Source of the DNA: a virus
IMG/VR virus record: IMGVR_UViG_3300049573_000103
Coordinates: 1-43,612 of that record
Reading direction: 5' to 3' (one strand)
Length of the DNA stretch: 43,612 bases
Made by a program: the position numbers and the translations under genes. Under the pieces are notes generated by a model, which worked only from the letters and a program-made list of their open reading frames with translations, did not search any database and was not told the DNA's origin. Positions 34,315-40,429 of the stretch are shown piece by piece. Positions within the stretch are counted from its first letter, which is position 1. Every line of letters begins with the position of its first letter.

Positions 34315-34316
34315 GG

Positions 34317-34550
34317 TTACGGCGCATCCGCCCACAGATGGCACCCGTGGCAGTCGTCTTTGTCGCCAGCACAGATGCACTTCGCTTCGGCTTCTTTCGG
34401 ATCATTGGCGCCACACTCCATGCATGGCGGTTGTTCGTAACGCGTATCGCTGGCGGCGTGCTCGGCGGCATCAGCAAATGCGTACCCAGGCGGCAACGCT
34501 CGCACCGCGCCCTCAAGAATCACAAATGGGTCAATACTCCCATGTTTCAT
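34317..34550 (-). CDS. Small Cys-rich protein
   Basis: 77-aa ORF with PPCMECG...KCICAGDKDDCHGCH. It has an ATGA overlap with the upstream gene. Confidence 0.65.
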   Translation of the reverse strand: MKHGSIDPFVILEGAVRALPPGYAFADAAEHAASDTRYEQPPCMECGANDPKEAEAKCICAGDKDDCHGCHLWADAP

Positions 34551-35380
34551 TCGTCATCCCTCGGCGGTGGCGGCAGCTTGCGCTGCGCGCGGTTGAAGAT
34601 GGCACCCAGCAGCGACTGCAGGCCGCCGGCGGCCTCGTCGTCGTCTTTCAGTTTTTCGCGGGCACGCGGCGTCGCCATCAGCTCGGCCAGGTTGATGCCA
34701 AGCGACTCGTTGAGCTTGATCAGGTGACTCAGGATCGGGTTGGGCTGCATGCCGACGATCACGCGCTTGCCTTCCGCGTCGAGCACCAGCACGCCCTCCT
34801 TGGTGACCATCGGAATCTCGATCAGCAGGCCTCGGTTGGCGATCTCCTCGCGGATCTGCCGCAGCAGCTGGAAATTGCCGGCCATTTCGGTGGCGAGCAG
34901 GCCGTGCATGCCGTCCATGTCGCCCTCGGTGAAGGCGGACATCAGCGAATCCAGCGCGTGCACGTACACGGTTTTGTCGAGGCAGCTGCCACCGGCGCGG
35001 GTGAGGCCATCCAGCACCAGGCTGCACGGCGCCTCGGTGCGGTCGGGGTTGTCGGGGTGGAACGGGCACGTGGTCACGCATGGCTTGCCGAACATCTTGG
35101 CGATGCTGGTGGCGCCGCTGGCGAACTGCGCGCGGTTGATGGCGCTGTAGCGGCCGTGCTTCCACGCGTTGCGGCTGCTGGCCGCCTTGCCCTCGTCGGT
35201 GATCGGGCCGGTGGCGGCGGCCGCGGCGGCTGGCAGGTTGTCGCGGCGCTGTTGCACGGCTTCCTCGCTCATCGTGTAGCCCGATTTCGGCGCCGAAGCG
35301 CCCGCTGGCGACGCCTTGCGCCGCTGCTCCAGCGCTGCCGGCGACAGCGTGTACGGGCGTTTGGTGCTCTTGTCCTTCAT
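34547..35380 (-). CDS. Terminase small subunit candidate
   Basis: 277 aa just upstream of terL. SSRNAWKHGRYS resembles N-A-x-K-H-G-x-Y-S motifs I associate with some small terminases. The call is weak. Confidence 0.45.
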   Translation of the reverse strand: MKDKSTKRPYTLSPAALEQRRKASPAGASAPKSGYTMSEEAVQQRRDNLPAAAAAATGPITDEGKAASSRNAWKHGRYSAINRAQFASGATSIAKMFGKPCVTTCPFHPDNPDRTEAPCSLVLDGLTRAGGSCLDKTVYVHALDSLMSAFTEGDMDGMHGLLATEMAGNFQLLRQIREEIANRGLLIEIPMVTKEGVLVLDAEGKRVIVGMQPNPILSHLIKLNESLGINLAELMATPRAREKLKDDDEAAGGLQSLLGAIFNRAQRKLPPPPRDDE

Positions 35381-35778
35381 CCGCGCTGTTTCTCACAGGT
35401 GGCCGGTGCACTTCCATGCGCGCATGTGCCGCGGCGCCGGGCGGCGTGGCGGGCGGCGATGCGCTGCACCTGGGTGTGGCTCATGCACATGCGCCGCGCG
35501 ATTTCGCGCTGGCTCACGTCCTGGTCGAGCAGCGTGGTGATCATGTTTTCCAGCGTGGGGCCACCCAGCGCGTTGAAGAACGTGCGCCGCGATGGCACCC
35601 ACACCGCGCCGTTGCCGAATTCGTCCAGCACCACCATCAGCGCCTCCAGCCCGGCACGCTGGGCGATCAGCAGCCACAGCTCCTGCGTGGTCGATGGGTG
35701 ATGCACGGCGGCCGCGTCGAGCAACTGGCGCTCGAACGCGGTCGGGGCCTCACCCGGTCGGGAGAACACTGGATCCAT
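35377..35778 (-). CDS. DNA-binding protein with a C-terminal HTH
   Basis: 133-aa ORF. DVSQREIARRMCMSHTQVQRIAARH is HTH-like. It is the first gene of the packaging block. Confidence 0.6.
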   Translation of the reverse strand: MDPVFSRPGEAPTAFERQLLDAAAVHHPSTTQELWLLIAQRAGLEALMVVLDEFGNGAVWVPSRRTFFNALGGPTLENMITTLLDQDVSQREIARRMCMSHTQVQRIAARHAARRRGTCAHGSAPATCEKQRG

Positions 35779-36895
35779 GGCGCTTCCTCTCGAGGTCTTG
35801 GGCCCACAGGGGCAGGTCGTCGGGCACCGTGCCCAGCGCGGCGTGCTGGCGGTGCGCTTTCAGCGTGTAGCGGTTCATGCGGTTGCTCACCGCGAGGTAA
35901 CGGCGCGTGGTTTCGATGGACTCGTGGCCCATCAGCACGCGGATGCGCTCGATGTCGGTGCCGTCGTCGTAGAGCATCGTGGCGAAGGTGACGCGGAAGC
36001 GGTGCACGCCCCAGCTGCCCAGCCCGGCGCGGCGCGCGGTGCGCTTCACCGTGTCCTCGATGGACTTCACTGCCAGCGCGCTGCCCGGCACGCTCAGCCG
36101 GCCGCCACGCGACAGGTTCACGAAGACCGCATCCGTGCACAGCGACGGCAGCTTGCTGCGCACATCCAGCCATGCCAGCAGCTCTCGCACCACCGGCCCC
36201 TCGATCGGCACCGTGCGCTCCTTGCTGCCCTTGCCAAACACGTGCACCTGGCCCTTGCGATCGCTCGCCAGGTCCAGCTGGTGGACGCGAAGCTCGGTGA
36301 TCTCCTCGCGACGCAGACCGGCCGCGAGCAGCAGTAGCAGCATGGCCCGGTCGCGCTGCACGATCAGCTCGGATGTGCCCTGCTTCACTGCCGCGAACAG
36401 CGCGCGGAGCTGCGCCACGCTGTACTTTTTCGCCTGGGTGATCACCCGCTTCGGCGCCTTGTAGCCGCGCGTCACGTCCACGCCATCGCCGCGGGTGGCC
36501 AGGTAGCTGTACAGGCTCCGCACGGCCATCAGCGCGGACCGCCGTGCCGAGGCAGACAGCCGGCGCTTGACGTACAGCCACTTCTGCCAGTCATCCAGCT
36601 CACGCACCGTGATCTCGCGGAAATCGTGGCCCGCTTCCTCGGCCCAGCCCATGAACCGCGCCACGGCTTCGACGTAATCCGCCACCGTGGTCGCTCCACG
36701 GAACCCGCGCACCACGATCAGGCACTGCACCCACAGCCAGCACGTCGCCAGCCAGCGCGAATCGCGCCACGGTCGCGCCTCCACCGCCCGCATCGCCGAC
36801 GCCAGCGGCCCACCCTGGCCCAGCAACGTCGCACGCAGCTGCACCTCCTGCGGCGGCAGCACCAACCCAGCCGGAATCGGCGGTACTTCAACCAC
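35750..36895 (-). CDS. Tyrosine recombinase 2 (XerC/XerD / phage integrase family)
   Basis: 381 aa with a GTG start. The motifs are GLRREEITEL (Arg), GKGSKERT (Lys), HRFRVTFAT (H-x-x-R) and LMGHESIETTRRYL (His...Tyr). Confidence 0.85.
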   Translation of the reverse strand: MVEVPPIPAGLVLPPQEVQLRATLLGQGGPLASAMRAVEARPWRDSRWLATCWLWVQCLIVVRGFRGATTVADYVEAVARFMGWAEEAGHDFREITVRELDDWQKWLYVKRRLSASARRSALMAVRSLYSYLATRGDGVDVTRGYKAPKRVITQAKKYSVAQLRALFAAVKQGTSELIVQRDRAMLLLLLAAGLRREEITELRVHQLDLASDRKGQVHVFGKGSKERTVPIEGPVVRELLAWLDVRSKLPSLCTDAVFVNLSRGGRLSVPGSALAVKSIEDTVKRTARRAGLGSWGVHRFRVTFATMLYDDGTDIERIRVLMGHESIETTRRYLAVSNRMNRYTLKAHRQHAALGTVPDDLPLWAQDLERKRHGSSVLPTG

Positions 36896-37219
36896 AGCGC
36901 ACCCCCTCGCGGCCGGAAACCAAAAACGCTCCCCATTTTTCGAGGGCCAACCAGGTTTGGGCCGTGCTGCGGTGCAGCACTGCTTTCAGGGGGGGGTGGG
37001 TGCGAATCACTCGCATCTGTCCTGTACCGACCCCAGCCGACACCCCGCAGGCCGCGCCACCACTGGGTTTCAGGCATTCGGCATCCGGCTTCCTAGTGGT
37101 CTCACCGTAGCGTGAGACTGGAAACGAGCGCGAAGCGGGATGGATGGCGTCACCTCGCCATTCCTGCTGTGGATAACTCGCCCTGTAGCTGGCGGAGAGA
37201 ACAACGGTTAGGCGAATGC
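36896..37219. other. Probable non-coding region (324 bp) with lower GC, a G8 run and hairpins; function unknown
   Basis: The only ORF here (36888..37223, minus) has poor GC3 and implausible composition. Hairpins are GTGCTGC-ggt-GCAGCAC (36964-36980) and GTCTCAC-cgtagc-GTGAGAC (37099-37118). A G8 run lies at 36989-36996. Confidence 0.4.
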
Positions 37220-37828
37220 TCATAGGGAAAGCCCAAGGGAAACAGCGATCTGGCGGCGTATCTCGGCCACAGCCTCAGGCTCCTGGCCACGTGGGATCGG
37301 GCGATGGACGCGCGCTGGCAGCGCCTGCCTGATCGGCTCGTCGAGGGTTTCACCTCGCGCCAAGCGATCGAGCGCCGTGCGGTACGCCACGTCGAACGCG
37401 GTGCGCACCGCTCGCTCGTCGAGCGTGCGCAGGTTCCACGTGCCAACCGATCGCGCTGCGGCGCCGATGGCTGGATGCGTGAACTCGTGGTCGGTGTTGC
37501 GCGACCAAGCCAACGCCTCGCGCAACGCCTGCTGCAGATCCGGCGCCAATGGCCGGCACAGCGCAATGAACTCCTCGTCGCTCGGTGGCCAACCCGTGCC
37601 GACCTTCGACAACGCCGCCAGCCCCAGCTTGGTCGCATCGGCTGAAACGCCAGCCGCGCGCAGCGAGGCAAACCACACACCGCGGGCATGCGGATCTTCG
37701 AACCTGTCCCGCCAGCGCTGGCCGTACTTGCGCTGGAAGATCGCGAACACCTGCGCCACGGCCATGCGCAGCGCCTGGTCCTCAGCGAGTGCCGGCGAAT
37801 TCGCGGCTGAGCTGATCACCTCGCTCAT
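37220..37828 (-). CDS. Lambda P-like replication protein (helicase loader)
   Basis: ATG 37828 is preceded by GGAGGTG. ...DRLARGETLDEPIRQALP and WPPSDEEFIALCR resemble lambda P (RINRGEAIPEPVKQLP; LPSPGQFVAWCR) as I recall it. Confidence 0.7.
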   Translation of the reverse strand: MSEVISSAANSPALAEDQALRMAVAQVFAIFQRKYGQRWRDRFEDPHARGVWFASLRAAGVSADATKLGLAALSKVGTGWPPSDEEFIALCRPLAPDLQQALREALAWSRNTDHEFTHPAIGAAARSVGTWNLRTLDERAVRTAFDVAYRTALDRLARGETLDEPIRQALPARVHRPIPRGQEPEAVAEIRRQIAVSLGLSL

Positions 37829-38645
37829 AGCCACCTCCGGTGTTGGTGTTGGTTTCAGCCGTTGCCGGCACGCCGGCGATCACGTCGTCGACGAAGCACG
37901 CGAGGAACCCCAGGTTTACCGGGTGCTGACTGCGCTGCTGTTCGCGTTTCCGCTTGGCCCGGCGCATGGCCTCGGCCAGGTTGGCATCGGTGAGCCCGTG
38001 GGCCAGCCACTCGGTCAGCTTGCCGCGGTTCATCGTGCGGATGCCGATGTGCGCCGGGATGCCCTGATCGGCGACCCATGCCCAAAAACCACCGGCATCA
38101 ATGATCGCGCCCGCCTGCTCGCGCACGGTGCGCGTAGTAGGTGACTTTAGACTTGGGTTACAAGAATCTGCAGAAGCATCGGAGAAATCGCAGTTGCTCT
38201 GCTCTTTCTCCTCTGTGGGAGTTACGCCGTTACGTGTGACGCCAGTAACGGGAATAACGCCGTTATTATCGGGTCGAGGAGCACCCGCTTTTGCACGCTT
38301 CAGCTTCTCCCGATGCCGCCTCTGCCGGGCCGCATTGGTGGCGTCCAGCTTGACCGGCTGTTTCTCCAGCCAGTCGCTTATCTCGCCGTCGACAATCAAC
38401 CCGCGATCGCGGATGGCGTCGACAACGGCCGTGATCTGCTCCAGGCGCCAGCCGGTGAAATCGGCCAGGGCATGAGCATCGAACGCGGTCACCGTGCCCC
38501 GTGGCGAGGCCTTCGAAGCGCACTCCTTGAGGTAGCCCCACACCACGAAGACGTGACCGGGTGTAACACCGTTACCAGCTACCCTGGCCACGCCAAGCCA
38601 GCGCGGATCGCAGACCTCACCGTGGTATTGGCGGAACCAATCCAT
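37782..38645 (-). CDS. Replication initiator / replisome organiser (lambda O-like role)
   Basis: 287-aa ORF immediately upstream of the P-like gene. Its central linker coincides with a DNA iteron cluster and an AT-rich stretch. Confidence 0.65.
   Translation of the reverse strand: MDWFRQYHGEVCDPRWLGVARVAGNGVTPGHVFVVWGYLKECASKASPRGTVTAFDAHALADFTGWRLEQITAVVDAIRDRGLIVDGEISDWLEKQPVKLDATNAARQRRHREKLKRAKAGAPRPDNNGVIPVTGVTRNGVTPTEEKEQSNCDFSDASADSCNPSLKSPTTRTVREQAGAIIDAGGFWAWVADQGIPAHIGIRTMNRGKLTEWLAHGLTDANLAEAMRRAKRKREQQRSQHPVNLGFLACFVDDVIAGVPATAETNTNTGGGYERGDQLSREFAGTR
38141..38273. other. Candidate origin of replication inside the O-like gene (AT-rich stretch plus iterons)
   Basis: 38221-38273 reads gTTACGCCGTTACgtgtgacgccaGTAACGGgaaTAACGCCGTTATtatc, which contains ACGCCGTTA twice plus an inverted GTAACGG. 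38141-38220 is markedly AT-richer than the genome. Related copies lie at 38563-38575 (GTAACACCGTTAC) and 38905-38914 (ACGCCGTTAC). Confidence 0.5.
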
Positions 38646-38792
38646 CAGCGCGTACCCGACGCTGAAAGCGCTGGGTCATGCGCTGCGCATCCCGACGTGG
38701 CAGGATGGCAATGCGAGGCGGCAAGCCACGCAAGGCGTTGTGCAGAAAAGACTTCCCACATAAGGCTCGTCCTGAGCCGGTGCGCGAACTGA

Positions 38793-38820
38793 TCCTGTCA
38801 AACTGTATATTATGTAAAAT
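38793..38820 (+). other. dif-like recombination site (degenerate left arm, TGTATA centre, XerD-type right arm); candidate attP or resolution site
   Basis: 38804-38820 reads TGTATA-TTATGTAAAAT against the canonical dif TGTATA-TTATGTTAAAT (16/17). The left 11 nt, TCCTGTCAAAC, are unlike the XerC arm GGTGCGCATAA. Confidence 0.6.
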
Positions 38821-38921
38821 CACGCCAGATTCGGCGGGTTTTACATCGGAATCAGAAGCTTACCGGCTTTTGACGGGTCCACTTTTGGACCCGATGTGTG
38901 ATACCACGCCGTTACAGTCAA

Positions 38922-39971
38922 ATGCAGCTGCCTGCTGGCAAGGGCGAGCTGCTGCATGTGGATTCGCAGGATGCGCTGGCGCGGTTTGCGCGCATCCTGT
39001 CGGGTAGTCGGGCGCCCACGACGGTTCGGCTGTACGTTGGCGTGGTGCGTCGGTGGCTGGCTTACGGTGGAGCGGCAGACCGGCTCGATGCCGCCCTGCT
39101 GCAACGGTGGTTGAGCGATCGTCGCCGGCAGCACGCCGCGCCGGCGACGATCAACGTGGATATCAAGGCGCTGCGCGCGTTCTACGACACGATGGCGCTG
39201 ATCGGTGCCGCTCCGCAAGCAGAATCGAATAATTGTCCAAAAGGGCGACGCGTACCGGTGCGCCTGGTGCGCTGCTTCAGCGATGAACAGGTGCTGGCGA
39301 TGCTGGCGGCTCCCGATGTGTGCACGTTCGCCGGCTACCGCGACAGCGTGATGATGCGCACGTTGTGGGAGACCGGCCTGCGCGCCAGCGAGCTGGTCGG
39401 GCTGGGCCTGGGCGACGTGCTGCCCGATGCGGTGTACGTGGCCGCCGGCAAGGGTGGGCGCAGCCGCTGGGCGCCGATCAGCGCGGAGCTGCATGGCCTG
39501 CTGGTCGGCTACATGGCACTGCGCGCCACCACGCGCCCCGGCAAGCGCACGGCGCTGTGGGTGACGGCGGCAGGTCGCGCCCTGCGCAGCCGGCGCAGCG
39601 TATGGGCCATCGTGAGCCGCTGGGCGCGCGCCACGCTGGGCGGCGCCGTAGGGTATGACCGCGTGCGCCGCGCGGCGCGGCAGCGGCCATGGAGCGGGCA
39701 ATACCCGCACCTGCTGCGCGCCAGCATGGCCACTACCCTGCTCCGCAACGGCTGTCCCCTGCCCGCCATCATGCAGATGCTCGGCCACACCAGCCTCGAT
39801 AGCACCGCGCGCTACCTGGCCGCGGACATCAGCCATTTGCGTGCAGCGATCGACAAACATCCGCGCAACCATCGGTCAGCCCGCCCTGGCGAGTCGCCCG
39901 CGCCGGCGGGCGTGGCAGGATCCAGCGATCCACAAGGGGGAGTCGGGCAAGGCGCGGAGCCCGACCAGTAG
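38922..39971 (+). CDS. Tyrosine recombinase 3 (XerC/XerD-like). It is the only plus-strand gene outside the CI operon. An alternative GTG start lies at 38898.
   Basis: The motifs are GLRASEL (Arg), AGKGGRSR (Lys), PHLLRASMAT (H-x-x-R) and MLGHTSLDSTARYL (His...Tyr). A SAM-like N-terminal domain is present (VRLYVGVVRRWLAY...INVDIKALRAFY). Confidence 0.85.
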   Translation: MQLPAGKGELLHVDSQDALARFARILSGSRAPTTVRLYVGVVRRWLAYGGAADRLDAALLQRWLSDRRRQHAAPATINVDIKALRAFYDTMALIGAAPQAESNNCPKGRRVPVRLVRCFSDEQVLAMLAAPDVCTFAGYRDSVMMRTLWETGLRASELVGLGLGDVLPDAVYVAAGKGGRSRWAPISAELHGLLVGYMALRATTRPGKRTALWVTAAGRALRSRRSVWAIVSRWARATLGGAVGYDRVRRAARQRPWSGQYPHLLRASMATTLLRNGCPLPAIMQMLGHTSLDSTARYLAADISHLRAAIDKHPRNHRSARPGESPAPAGVAGSSDPQGGVGQGAEPDQ

Positions 39972-40199
39972 CTGGTGGAACTGGTCCCGGCCCAGCCGCA
40001 GGCAGGTATCCACGCCCACGGCAGCCAGGCGCAGCCGGTATTGCTCCTCGGTGAGGCCTTTGCGCGAGCGCGCCAGCACGTGGATCATGCGCACCCGGTC
40101 CCGCGTCATCTGCCAGCGCTTGCGCGCAAGCAGGTCCAAGCCGCAGCACCAGCGGTGCGCAGTCGGTTGCTGACAGCGGGGGCAGGTGCGGCGGGTCAC
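39876..40199 (-). CDS. GemA (Mu gp16)-like protein with an N-terminal zinc finger
   Basis: GTG start with a GTGA overlap. It contains CPRCQQ...HRWCC, and RMIHVLARSRKGLTEEQYRLRLAAVGVDTCLRLGRDQFHQLLVGLRAL resembles DUF1018/GemA as I recall it. Its 3' end overlaps the convergent recombinase 3 by 96 nt. Confidence 0.6.
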   Translation of the reverse strand: MTRRTCPRCQQPTAHRWCCGLDLLARKRWQMTRDRVRMIHVLARSRKGLTEEQYRLRLAAVGVDTCLRLGRDQFHQLLVGLRALPDSPLWIAGSCHARRRGRLARAG

Positions 40200-40429
40200 G
40201 CGTCGTATTCCTCGTCAGGGGTCAGATCGGTGTGTTCGAACCCATTGGCGGGCTGGAGCCAGTCAGCGTCGATCCAGCCGCCAAGGTCGGGCAGCACCTT
40301 GAACATCACGCCCGATTGGCAGTGAGCGTCCATGCGCCGCGCCGTGATCACGTGCAGGCTTTCGCGGCCGTGGTCGTAGGTGGTGCTCACGTGGGCGCCG
40401 GGCTCGAGCTGGCGGCTGGCGTGGGTCAT
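40196..40429 (-). CDS. Hypothetical small protein
   Basis: This is the C-terminal 77 aa of ORF 40196..40873 (MTHASRQLEPGAHVSTTYDHGRESLHVITARR...). It has an ATGA overlap with the methylase stop. Confidence 0.6.
   Translation of the reverse strand: MTHASRQLEPGAHVSTTYDHGRESLHVITARRMDAHCQSGVMFKVLPDLGGWIDADWLQPANGFEHTDLTPDEEYDA

Noticed and set aside
36989-37003. G8-T-GGG-T-G run as a possible G-quadruplex
   Set aside because: There are not four clearly separated G-runs, so it is too weak to call. It is noted only as part of the non-coding region.
36888-37223. Minus-strand 111-aa ORF that fills the P-like / recombinase 2 gap, with an ATGA overlap at its start
   Set aside because: Reading the codons gives a GC3 far below that of neighbouring genes, with many rare-looking codons (CTA, AGG, AGT, TTG). 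The sequence is not protein-like and it runs through the C8 tract. I treat it as non-coding, with low certainty.
38779-38789. GGTGCGCGAAC, which matches 8 of 11 positions of the E. coli XerC-binding arm, lies 14 bp left of the dif-like centre
   Set aside because: The matching part (GGTGCGC) is a GC-rich heptamer that is expected to occur often in this genome. The best-conserved part of XerC arms (CGCATAA) is not matched, and the 14-bp displacement does not fit a functional dif geometry. It is mentioned in the finding but not called as a site.
38617-38823. Minus-strand 68-aa ORF upstream of the O-like gene containing a Walker-A-like GRALCGKS string (reminiscent of primase/helicase P-loops)
   Set aside because: It is too short for an ATPase. 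Its first codons are the AT-rich dif-like site itself. It overlaps the O-like start and has no RBS. At most it is a relic of a former gene.
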